Shown: one piece after another, positions 1-8,797 of the stretch
Position numbering within the stretch: position 1 is the stretch's first letter
Layout of the letters: each line of letters opens with the position of its first letter
Source: Actinomycetes bacterium
Lineage (GTDB): Bacteria; Actinomycetota; Acidimicrobiia; Acidimicrobiales; Bog-793
Reading direction: 5' to 3'
NCBI GenBank assembly: GCA_021798985.1
Contig: JAJZBI010000021.1
Location: 8,573-72,572 of the forward strand
DNA: 64,000 nucleotides
Translations under genes and position numbers: made by a program
The notes under the pieces: model-generated
The model's input: only the letters and a program-made list of their open reading frames with translations
The model's database searches: none
What the model was told of the DNA's origin: nothing

Positions 1-2
1 CT

Positions 3-257
3 GTGTCGGCAGACTGGCCAGAGGTCGTGGGCTCGCGGACCGACATCCCGCTGTTCGTGCAGTACGCGGCGCGCGACGAGCTCTTCTCCCGCGAGGGCAT
101 GGACCAGGCCGACCGCATCTTGGGGTATGCCTTTGCGGCGGATCGGCGCGGCGGGGACTACACGGGGCGGTTCTACCCAGTACCGCACTGTTTCGACCCG
201 GCGATGCAGGCCGACGCCTTCTCCTTCCTCGCCGAGGCGCTCGGCAGGCGCGAATGA
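3..257 (+). CDS. C-terminal part of an alpha/beta-hydrolase (dienelactone hydrolase-like); 5' end outside the window
   Basis: Frame open from the window edge; LFVQYAARDELF...YPVPHCF gives Asp/His spacing typical of the fold; stop overlaps next ATG (ATGA). Confidence 0.6.
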   Translation: MSADWPEVVGSRTDIPLFVQYAARDELFSREGMDQADRILGYAFAADRRGGDYTGRFYPVPHCFDPAMQADAFSFLAEALGRRE

Positions 258-1927
258 GCCCGATTCGCCGCACGGCTGGCGCGGTCCTGATCGACGAGCT
301 CGTCACGCTCGGCGTAACGCGCTACTACAGCGTGCCGGGCGAAAGCTTCCTCGCCGTTCTCGAGGCGCTGCGCGCCGAGGACCGGGCGCGACTGATCTCG
401 ACGCGCCACGAATCGGGCGCCTCGTTCATGGCCGAGGCCGACGCCAAGCTGACAGGGGTGCCGGCGGTGGCCATGGCGACGCGCGCCCCGGGGGCCGCGA
501 ACCTCGCAATCGGCGTGCACACTGCCTGGCACGACTCGACCCCGCTCGTCGCACTGATCGGTCAGGTCGAGGCCCGGTGGTACGGGAGCGGGCTGTGCTT
601 CCAAGAGATCGACCTCGAGGCCTTCTATCGCCCCTTCACCAAATGGCAGGCGACGCTCGAGCATCCCGACGACGCCGCCCGGCTCGCCCGCCAGGCAATG
701 GCCGTCGCGACGGGTGGACGACCCGGCCCGGTGGTGATCGCGCTGCCGAACGACGTGCTCTCACAGCAAAGCGACGTGCCGCGCGAGGTGCCCGCGCCGC
801 CAAGCGGGACGCGACGGGCGAGTGCGGCGGAGCTCGCCGCGCTCAGCGAGCGGCTCGGCTCAGCGAGCGCCCCCGTGCTCATCGTCGGCGGCCGCTGTCG
901 GGGTTCGTGGGACGAGCTGGTCCGCCTGGCCGAGGGCTACGGCGCCGGCGTGTACGCGGCCTTCCGCCGTCAGGACCAGTTCCCGAACGACCATCCCGCC
1001 TACCTCGGCCATCTCACCTTGCGCCCCGCCCCGGCGGTGCTCGACGCGCTCGAGCACGCCGATGTCGTCGTGGCGCTCGGCTGTCGGATGAGCGAGGTCA
1101 CCACGCAGAGCTTCCGTCTGCCGGCCGCAGGCGCCTTCTTCGTCCACGTCGATCCCGACGCCGGCGGCGACTACGGCCCGGGCCGCGTGCCGGACGTCGC
1201 GCTCGACGTCGACGTGGCGGAGCTGATCGCCGCCCTGGCGGACCAGGCGCCGGGCGCGTCTCCCCTCGAGCGCATTGGCCGTGCCCATGGGGCGTACCTG
1301 CGCGACCGGGCCCCGCTCGCGCCGAGCGGCGCGCGGGCGGCGCTGCAGCCCGATGAGGTCGTCGCCGCGATGGCCCGCCGGCTGCCGAGCGATTGCGTGG
1401 TGACCAACGACGCGGGGAACTTCTCGATCCCGCTGCACCGCCAGTGGCGCTTCGTGCGCCCGAACAGCCAGCTGGCCCCGACGAGCGGGGCGATGGGCTA
1501 CGCGGTGCCGGCCGCGGTGGCTGCAGGGATCGTCGACCCGTCGCACCTCGCCGTCGCGACGGTGGGCGACGGGGGATACTTGATGACCGGCCAGGAGATC
1601 GAGACCGCGGTGCGCGAGCACGCCAAGGTGGTCGTCGTGGTCTTCAGGAACGGCCTGTACGGCACGATCGCGATGCACCAGGCGCGCAGCTACGGCGAGC
1701 TGAGCGGTGTCGAGATCGGCGCCGTCGACATCGCCCGGCACGCCGAGAGCCTGGGGGCCCTCGGGCTGTCGGTCACCGACCGCTCCGAGCTTGACGACGC
1801 CCTCGATATGGCGGTGCGCTCAGATCGCCCGGCAGTCCTCGACGTGGTCGTCGACCCCGAGGCGATCACGCCCTCGGCTCGACTCGGCGATCTCCTCGCC
1901 AGCGCTCGCTCGAACCCACCCACCTGA
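254..1927 (+). CDS. Thiamine-diphosphate-dependent enzyme, acetolactate synthase-like family
   Basis: VPGESFL, TRHESGA (catalytic Glu), ThDP motif VGDGGYLM...NG. Confidence 0.9.
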   Translation: MSPIRRTAGAVLIDELVTLGVTRYYSVPGESFLAVLEALRAEDRARLISTRHESGASFMAEADAKLTGVPAVAMATRAPGAANLAIGVHTAWHDSTPLVALIGQVEARWYGSGLCFQEIDLEAFYRPFTKWQATLEHPDDAARLARQAMAVATGGRPGPVVIALPNDVLSQQSDVPREVPAPPSGTRRASAAELAALSERLGSASAPVLIVGGRCRGSWDELVRLAEGYGAGVYAAFRRQDQFPNDHPAYLGHLTLRPAPAVLDALEHADVVVALGCRMSEVTTQSFRLPAAGAFFVHVDPDAGGDYGPGRVPDVALDVDVAELIAALADQAPGASPLERIGRAHGAYLRDRAPLAPSGARAALQPDEVVAAMARRLPSDCVVTNDAGNFSIPLHRQWRFVRPNSQLAPTSGAMGYAVPAAVAAGIVDPSHLAVATVGDGGYLMTGQEIETAVREHAKVVVVVFRNGLYGTIAMHQARSYGELSGVEIGAVDIARHAESLGALGLSVTDRSELDDALDMAVRSDRPAVLDVVVDPEAITPSARLGDLLASARSNPPT

Positions 1928-2280
1928 TCCCCAGCTGCCGCAGGCGCCACACCGCGGGCCCGATACCGTCCACATCGCTTGGCAGTTGCGGCGCGAGGGG
2001 CGTGCGACGGCGGCGCAGAAGCTGCTGGCGCCCTTCTCGGTGTGCGGATCGCGTGGCGCGTGCCATAAGCTGATCCGATAGCCCATCGCCTCCGGTGGTG
2101 GTCTCTCCAAGGCGCAGCGCCGATCGAACCACACCGGGTTGGTCGCGCGCTGTCGGCCGGTGCCCCCAACGCATCTCGGCACGAAGCGAACGGCGAGGCG
2201 TCATTGCACCGTTTCAGTGCCGGTGCTCGAGGGGGCGAGGGGCTGGCAACCAGCGGGCTGGCGTGACGAAAGGAGCCAAG

Positions 2281-3276
2281 ATGGAGTACCGAGCCTTTGG
2301 CCGGACTGGCGTGCAGGTGAGCACGCTGTGCCTCGGCGCGATGATGTTCGGCGGCCCGACCGACGAGAAGGACTCCGGCGCGATCATCGACGCCGCGCTG
2401 GACGCGGGCATCAACTTCCTCGACACGGCGAACGTCTACAGCCGCGGCCGGAGCGAGGAGGTCGTCGGAGCGGCCCTTCGGGCAAACGGCAAGCGGGACC
2501 GCATCGTGCTCGCGAGCAAGGTGCACGGCCGCATGGACGACGACGACCCGAACGCCTATGGCAACAGCCGCCGGCACCTGATCGAGCAGTGCGAGGCGTC
2601 GCTGCGCCGGCTCGGCACCGACTGGATCGACCTGTACCAGATCCACCGCCCCGAGCCCGCGACGCCGATCGACGAGACGCTGCGGGCGCTCGACGACCTC
2701 GTCCGTCAGGGAAAGATCCGCTACATCGGCTTCTCGACCTTTGCGGCCTGGCAGGTGGTCGAGTCGATCTATGTCGCGAAGGAGCTCGGGCTGAACCGCG
2801 TCGTCTGCGAGCAGCCGCCCTACAACCTCTTGGACCGCCGGATCGAGCGCGAGCTCGTGCCGGTGGCCGAGACCTACGGGCTCGCGCTCATCCCCTGGTC
2901 ACCCCTCGCGAGTGGCTTTTTGACCGGCAAGTACCGCCGCGGCGAGGACTACCCGTCCGACTCGCGCCTCGCCCGGCAAAACGGCGGCAACCGCACCTAC
3001 GGCGAGGCCGCGTTCGCGGTACTGGACGTCGTCGAGCAGATCGCGAAGGAGAAGGGCTGCACGCCCTCCCAGCTCGCGGTGGCTTGGTGTGCGGCCCAGC
3101 GTGCCGTCACGAGCCCGATCATCGGGCCGCGCACGATGGCTCAGCTCGAGGACAACCTCGGCGCCCTCGACGTAATGCTCAGCGACGCCGACTTCGATCG
3201 CCTCGACACCGTCGCCCTTCCTGGGCGCGCGAGCGCGACCTACTACGAGGCGGACTTCGGGCCGAGCGCCCGATAG
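2281..3276 (+). CDS. Aldo/keto reductase
   Basis: MEYRAFGRTG, LCLGAMMFG, DTANVY, SLRRLGTDWIDLYQIH, IIGPRT; AAGGAG RBS upstream of ATG 2281. Confidence 0.95.
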   Translation: MEYRAFGRTGVQVSTLCLGAMMFGGPTDEKDSGAIIDAALDAGINFLDTANVYSRGRSEEVVGAALRANGKRDRIVLASKVHGRMDDDDPNAYGNSRRHLIEQCEASLRRLGTDWIDLYQIHRPEPATPIDETLRALDDLVRQGKIRYIGFSTFAAWQVVESIYVAKELGLNRVVCEQPPYNLLDRRIERELVPVAETYGLALIPWSPLASGFLTGKYRRGEDYPSDSRLARQNGGNRTYGEAAFAVLDVVEQIAKEKGCTPSQLAVAWCAAQRAVTSPIIGPRTMAQLEDNLGALDVMLSDADFDRLDTVALPGRASATYYEADFGPSAR

Positions 3277-3282
3277 CACGGC

Positions 3283-3316
3283 GCAGCGGCCGGCGGGGAG
3301 CCCCGGCGGCCGCTGC
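3283..3316. terminator. GC-rich hairpin between convergent genes
   Basis: gcagcggccg (3283-3292) pairs perfectly with cggccgctgc (3307-3316). Confidence 0.55.
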
Positions 3317-3377
3317 CCACGCCGTCATGACGGGTGCGCCACGGCCCCGGCGCACGCCGATGGAACAGATCCTCAGC

Positions 3378-4547
3378 TCAGTCGTGTAGCGCCCGCATGG
3401 CGCGGTACAGCGCGGCCTTCTCTTCGATCCCGATGCCCGGTGCGCTCGAGGGGGCGAGGAAGCCGTGGTCGATCACGGCGTCATCGGCAAAGCCGCCGGC
3501 GGGGGAGAACTCGTTCGGGTAGGACTCGTTGCCACCGAGGTGCAGCGCCGCGGCGAGATGGACGGCGAACTGGTGTCCCCCGTGAGGGATGCAGCGCCGT
3601 GGCGAGATGTTGTGCTCGCGCAGCATCGCCAGGGTGCGCAGGTACTCGACGAGCCCGTAGCTGAGCGCGGGGTCGAACTGGAAGATGTCGCGCTCGGCCC
3701 GGACGTTGCCGTAGCGAACGAGGTTGCGGGCGTCTTGGTGGGAGAAGAGGTTCTCGCCGGTCGCGAGCGCGCCGTTGTAGGCGGCAGCGATCTCGGCGTG
3801 GGTGGCGTAGTCGAGCGGGTCGGAGGGCTCCTCATACCAGGCGAGCTGGTAGGGATCGAGCGCGTTCGCATACTCGAGCGCCGTGGCGAGGTCGAACCGC
3901 CCGTTCGCGTCGACCGCCAGCGCGTCGCCGTTGCCGCCGAGCACGTCCAAGACGGCCTCGATGCGCGCCAGGTCCTCGGCGAGCGGTGCGCCGCCGATCT
4001 TCATCTTCACGCGCACGTAGCCGGCGTCGAGAAAGCCGCGCATCTCGTCCTGCAGCTCAAAAAGCCCCTTGTTCGGCTGGTAGTAGCCGCCGGCCGCGTA
4101 GACGCTGACGCGCTCGTCCGGCGCGCCATCGCCGTAGCGATCGGCGACGAAGCGGGCGAGCGGCACGTCGGCGATCTTCGCGGCGAGGTCGAACAGCGCC
4201 ATGTCGAGGACGCCGACGGCGACGGAGCGCTCGCCGTGGCCGCCGGGCTTCTCGTTCGCCATCATCACGTCCCAGGCCCTTGCGGGATCGAGGTTCTCGC
4301 CGGTCGCATCCAGCAGATCTGCTGGCGCTGCGGCGAGAAGACGCGGGATCATCCGACGGCGCAAGATGTCGTGCTGGCTGTAGCGGCCGTTGGAGTTGAA
4401 GCCATAGCCGACGAGCGGGCTGTGGTCGCGTACCACGTCGGAGACGACCGCCACGATCGAGCAGTCCATCTGGTTGAAGTCGATCCAGGCGTTTCGGATC
4501 GAGGACGAGATCGGCAAGATCCCGTCGTGGATGGCGACGATCCGCAT
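3378..4547 (-). CDS. tarD: Enolase-superfamily enzyme, D-tartrate dehydratase (TarD)-like
   Basis: PISSSIRNAWIDF, GYGFNSNGRY, NEKPGGHGERSVAVG, KMKIGG, ATGENLFSHQDARNL, PHGGH match my recollection of the TarD subgroup. Confidence 0.8.
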   Translation of the reverse strand: MRIVAIHDGILPISSSIRNAWIDFNQMDCSIVAVVSDVVRDHSPLVGYGFNSNGRYSQHDILRRRMIPRLLAAAPADLLDATGENLDPARAWDVMMANEKPGGHGERSVAVGVLDMALFDLAAKIADVPLARFVADRYGDGAPDERVSVYAAGGYYQPNKGLFELQDEMRGFLDAGYVRVKMKIGGAPLAEDLARIEAVLDVLGGNGDALAVDANGRFDLATALEYANALDPYQLAWYEEPSDPLDYATHAEIAAAYNGALATGENLFSHQDARNLVRYGNVRAERDIFQFDPALSYGLVEYLRTLAMLREHNISPRRCIPHGGHQFAVHLAAALHLGGNESYPNEFSPAGGFADDAVIDHGFLAPSSAPGIGIEEKAALYRAMRALHD

Positions 4548-4899
4548 GTGCGCTCCTTTTCCCGGGCCGCGGTCCTCGCCCGAGGAGGGCGGAGTTGCGC
4601 GGCACGGCCGGCCCACTGCCGTCGCCGCGTCCGGGCCGCGCGATGGGGCCCGCTCTTCGTGCCGCACCGTAGCAGCGCGCTGCGGCGGCGTCGATTGAGG
4701 TCGGAACATTGCGCCGCAAAGGCGCTAGATGAAAGGATCGCTCGCGTCACGAAAGATGCCAGGAGGTTGCGATGACATCGGCGGCATTGCGTGGCAGGTC
4801 TTCGCTTGGTTCCGATCGAAGCGACCTGTCGCGTCACCAAAGGACCCAAGACGTCATCGCGCGGCGATCTGGCGCACCGGCAACGACCGGGGCGATGCG

Positions 4900-5949
4900 A
4901 TGACGCCGGAGCGGCGCGTCTACATCACGAGCGCGCTGGCCGCGCCGGGCGGCCCGAGCGATGGCGTCTACGGCTTTGTCCAAGACCCCGCGACCGGTGC
5001 GCTCTCGCCCATCGGCCCGCACGCGGCGGTCGAAGGGGCGAGCTTTGTCAGCCGCGACCGCACCGGCACCCATCTGTACACGTGCCGAGCCCGACCCGAC
5101 GCCGGCGCGGCGGCCTTTGCGGTGAACAACGACGGCAGTCTCGAGGCGCTCGGCGAGGTGCGCAGCGGCGCCGCGGGGGCATGCCATGTCTGCGTGGATG
5201 ACGCTTCGCGCTTCTTGTTCACCGCGCACTACGCGAGCGGGCATCTGAGCGTGCACCGACTGACGGCCAGCGGGGCGATCGCCGAGCGCTGTGATTTGGT
5301 GCTGCCGGAGGGCGCTGGACCGAACGCCGAGCGCCAGGAGCACGCGCACGCGCACTTCTGCTGGCCGATCCCCGGCACGGACCTGGTGATGCTGGTCGAC
5401 CTCGGCACGGACACATTGTGGTCCTATCGCGTCGACGCCGATACCGGTCGCCTCGAGCTCGTCGCGGCGAACCAGGCACCGTCCGGCTCGGGGCCCCGCC
5501 ACCTGCGCCCTTTTGGGATCGGGGCGCTCCTCGTCACCGGCGAGCTCGACTCGACGCTGATGGCGTTCCAATTCGATCGGACGGCGGGAACCGCGCGCCT
5601 GGTCGAGGCGCTGCCGGCCTCGGTGCGCGCCGGCGCGGGCGACAACGCGCCATCGGAGCTCGCGCTCAGCCGGGACGGGCGCTTTTGCTATGTCGCCAAC
5701 CGCGGGCCGGACACCGTGGCGGTCTTCTCGCTCGAGGGGGGATCGCCCGCCCGCGTCGGCGAGGTCCCTTGCGGCGGGGAGATCCCGCGGCACCTGGCGG
5801 TCATCGGGGACTTCCTCTACGTGGCCAACCAAGAGTCCGGCAGCGTCGCGGTCTTCGCGCTCGGCGATGACGGCATTCCGCAGCCCACCGGCTTGGACGT
5901 GCCGCTCGAGCGGCCCTTTTGCGTGCGGGCCCTGCCAGTCGCGCCGTGA
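4900..5949 (+). CDS. Beta-propeller lactonase (6-phosphogluconolactonase/YbhE family)
   Basis: AHYASG, HAHAH, DLGTD, GSGPRH, YVANRG, PRH repeats. Confidence 0.9.
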   Translation: MTPERRVYITSALAAPGGPSDGVYGFVQDPATGALSPIGPHAAVEGASFVSRDRTGTHLYTCRARPDAGAAAFAVNNDGSLEALGEVRSGAAGACHVCVDDASRFLFTAHYASGHLSVHRLTASGAIAERCDLVLPEGAGPNAERQEHAHAHFCWPIPGTDLVMLVDLGTDTLWSYRVDADTGRLELVAANQAPSGSGPRHLRPFGIGALLVTGELDSTLMAFQFDRTAGTARLVEALPASVRAGAGDNAPSELALSRDGRFCYVANRGPDTVAVFSLEGGSPARVGEVPCGGEIPRHLAVIGDFLYVANQESGSVAVFALGDDGIPQPTGLDVPLERPFCVRALPVAP

Positions 5950-6151
5950 TTCACGGTGCCGGGTCTCCCCGTTGCACGACCTTGATGCGCGCCCGTTGGC
6001 CCGCGCTGCGGGGCGCGGCGTCGCCCGCCTTGGATCTGCTGCCGGTTGTTGCGATGGGAGCGCTGCTAGCGCATCCGCGAAGCGGAAGTTAGGATCCGCA
6101 GAGGGGAAGCCCGCGCACGCCCGGTGGCGTGCGTGCGAGAGGGGAGCGGCA

Positions 6152-7561
6152 ATGGCCAGCACCAGCGTCGGGTACTCGATCACCTTGCGCGTCGAGGCGC
6201 CCGCCACGACCAATGCGGCGGGCGAGCTTGTCGGGGTAATTGGCCAGGCAGGAGCGCTCGTCACCGCGCTCGATCTGGTCGAGAGTCGGGACCAGACCGT
6301 GGTGCTCGACATCTCCTGCAACGCGATCGACAGCGCGCACGTCGAGCGCATCCGCGAGGCGGTCGCTGCGCTGCCCGGCGTCACGGTCGGCCCGGTCTCG
6401 GACACCACGTTCTTGATCCACCTCGGCGGCAAGCTCGAGGTCAACGCGAAGGTGCCGCTTCGCCACCGCGATGATCTCTCGCGCGCCTACACGCCCGGAG
6501 TCGCCCGCATCTGCCTGGCAATCGCTGAACAGCCCGAGGTTGCGCGCAATCTCACCATCAAGAAGAACACCGTCGCTGTGGTCACCGACGGCTCGGCGGT
6601 GCTCGGGCTCGGCAACCTCGGCGCGGCGGCGGCCTTGCCGGTGATGGAGGGCAAGGCGGCGCTGTTCAAGCACTTCGGGAACGTCGATGCCTGGCCGGTC
6701 TGCTTAGACACCCAGGATCCGGACAAGATCGTCGAGATCGTGAAGGCGATCGCGCCCGCCTATGGCGGGATCAACCTCGAGGACATCGCCGCGCCGCGCT
6801 GTTTTGCCATCGAGCAGCGCCTGCGCGAGGAGCTCGACATCCCGGTCTTCCACGACGACCAGCACGGCACGGCGATCGTCGTGCTGGCGGCGTTGATGAA
6901 CGCGCTCGCCATCGTCAACAAGAAGCTCACCGACGTCCGCATCGTGCTCTCGGGGGTGGGCGCAGCCGGGAGCGCGATCATCCGGCTCTTGCAGCTCGAG
7001 GGGGCCCGCAACCTGATCGCGTGCGACCGTCACGGCGCGCTGACCCGGGCGCGTACTGCGTCGGATCCCGTGCGGGGCTGGATCGGCGAGCAGACCAATC
7101 CCGACAACGTGTCGGGAACCCTCGCCGAGGTGCTCGCCGGTGCCGACGTCTTCATCGGCGTCTCCGCACCGAACCTGCTCATCGGCGACGACATCGCCAA
7201 GATGGCCGACGACGCGATCGTCTTCGCGCTGTCGAATCCCGATCCTGAGGTCGACCCGATCGAGGCCGGCAAGCACGCCGCAGTGGTGGCGACGGGACGC
7301 TCGGACTTTCCCAATCAGATCAACAACGTGCTCGCGTTCCCCGGCGTGTTCCGCGGCCTGCTGGACTGCGGCGCCCGCGACATCCCTGACGAGATGCTCG
7401 TGGCCGCCGCCCGGGCGATCGCCAGCGTGGTCGCTCCCGAGGCGCTGAATGCTGGCTACGTCATCCCGAGTGTGTTCGACCCGGCCGTCGCGCCAGCGGT
7501 TGCCGCCGCGGTGCGAGAAGTGGCGAACGAGCGAGCTGCCGGGGCGCCAGCTCACCGCTGA
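6152..7561 (+). CDS. NAD-dependent malic enzyme with N-terminal ACT domain
   Basis: DLSRAYTPGVA, VTDGSAVLGLGN, INLEDI, FHDDQHGTA, ATGRSDFPNQINNVL. Confidence 0.93.
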   Translation: MASTSVGYSITLRVEAPATTNAAGELVGVIGQAGALVTALDLVESRDQTVVLDISCNAIDSAHVERIREAVAALPGVTVGPVSDTTFLIHLGGKLEVNAKVPLRHRDDLSRAYTPGVARICLAIAEQPEVARNLTIKKNTVAVVTDGSAVLGLGNLGAAAALPVMEGKAALFKHFGNVDAWPVCLDTQDPDKIVEIVKAIAPAYGGINLEDIAAPRCFAIEQRLREELDIPVFHDDQHGTAIVVLAALMNALAIVNKKLTDVRIVLSGVGAAGSAIIRLLQLEGARNLIACDRHGALTRARTASDPVRGWIGEQTNPDNVSGTLAEVLAGADVFIGVSAPNLLIGDDIAKMADDAIVFALSNPDPEVDPIEAGKHAAVVATGRSDFPNQINNVLAFPGVFRGLLDCGARDIPDEMLVAAARAIASVVAPEALNAGYVIPSVFDPAVAPAVAAAVREVANERAAGAPAHR

Positions 7562-7801
7562 GGTGCACGTTCTGTGCGAGCTCGCGCAGGCCGTGCCCAG
7601 CGCTGCTGGCCGCGACCCGCGCGCTTTGGACCACTTGCCTCGGTTGTGGGTTGCACCGGGCACGGGTCGAGCGCCGCGGACCTCATGAGGCGATGCGCCG
7701 AGTTGTCGTGAGCCGGCGACTTTCGCTCCCCCAGGCGCTCTGGCACGCTGGACGGGCGGCGGGGGGGAGGCCCTTCGTCAAGGCAATGAGGAGGCAGGCA
7801 G

Positions 7802-8710
7802 ATGGCAGGTGGCGGAACGATCCGACCGAGCGCGCTCGCGACCGTGGTCGCGGTCACGGCGACGCCGTTCGATGGCTCGGGGGGCATCGACGCCAAGGCC
7901 ATGGAGCGGGTGGTCGACCGCCTCGTCGAGGGCGGGATCTCGGTGCTCGTGCCGGCGGGCAACACCGGCGAGTTCAATGCGCTGAGCCAGTCCGAATGGG
8001 ACGAGAGCGTGTCGATCACGGTGGCGCGTGCCGGGGGAGCGATCGTCATGCCGGGGGTCGGGCGCGACCTCGCGACGGCGATCCACCAGACGCGCCGTGC
8101 ACGCGAGCTCGGCTGCCCGATCGTGATGGTGCACCAGCCGCTCGACCCGTTCATCTCTGGCGAGGGATGGATCAACTACCACGAGGCGATCCATCAGGCC
8201 GTGCCCGACATCGCGTTGTGCGCCTACGTGCGCGACGCCCGGCGCAGCGTCGGCGAGGTCGCCCGTCTTGCTGCGCTCGAGGGCGTCGTCGGCATCAAGT
8301 ACGCCGTCGGCGACCCGCCGGCTTTTGCCGAGCTGGTGCAGCGCAGCGACGCGGACCAGGTGGCGCTCGTGTGCGGGCTGGCCGAGCGCTGGGCGGTCTC
8401 CTTCGCCGCATCCGGGGCGGTGGGATTCACCTCCGGGCTCGCTGGTGTGGTGCCCAAGCTCTCCCTCGAGCTGCTCGGTGCGTTGCAGGCCAACGACTAT
8501 GCCCGGGCACGTGAGCTCGTCGCGCTCGTCGAGCCCTTCGAGCGTCTGCGCGCACGGGACGGCTCGGCCTACAACGTCTCCGCGGTCAAAGCGGCGCTCT
8601 CGGCGCTCGACATCTGCGCGCCGACCGTCCGCCCGCCGGCCAGCGCGCTCCCCGAGGAGTTCCACCCGATCGTGGCGCGCTTCATCGAAGCGACCGGCGC
8701 GACGGCCTGA
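7802..8710 (+). CDS. Dihydrodipicolinate synthase-family (class I aldolase/dehydratase) protein
   Basis: TPF, GNTGEF, Schiff-base Lys in GIKYA; GAGGAGG RBS. Confidence 0.88.
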   Translation: MAGGGTIRPSALATVVAVTATPFDGSGGIDAKAMERVVDRLVEGGISVLVPAGNTGEFNALSQSEWDESVSITVARAGGAIVMPGVGRDLATAIHQTRRARELGCPIVMVHQPLDPFISGEGWINYHEAIHQAVPDIALCAYVRDARRSVGEVARLAALEGVVGIKYAVGDPPAFAELVQRSDADQVALVCGLAERWAVSFAASGAVGFTSGLAGVVPKLSLELLGALQANDYARARELVALVEPFERLRARDGSAYNVSAVKAALSALDICAPTVRPPASALPEEFHPIVARFIEATGATA

Positions 8711-8725
8711 CGCGACAACTTCGAC

Positions 8726-8790
8726 GTGCCCAGCCGGGCCGGCCCGATGCGGGCGGGTCCGGCTGGGCACTGCAGCAGATCGCTGCAGTG
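8726..8790. terminator. Double hairpin, probable bidirectional terminator between convergent genes
   Basis: gtgcccagccgg/ccggctgggcac (12 bp, 8726-8770) and cactgcagc/gctgcagtg (9 bp, 8768-8790). Confidence 0.65.
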
Positions 8791-8797
8791 ACTTGTC

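Noticed and set aside
254-1927. ThDP enzyme as the glyoxylate carboligase that would feed Hyi/GarR
   Set aside because: It keeps the canonical Glu in TRHE, which Gcl replaces with Val, and it lies 20 kb from hyi; no support
1928-2280. Possible small Cys-containing ORF on the minus strand (MGYRISLWH...RCGACGSW)
   Set aside because: No recognisable family or RBS, and it runs on into the upstream gene; indistinguishable from chance
7590-7672. Mutually exclusive pairings (ccgtgccc/gggcacgg versus cgacccg/cgggtcg) upstream of the DHDPS-family gene, suggestive of a switch
   Set aside because: 7-8-bp GC-only complements are expected by chance here; no aptamer motif recognised
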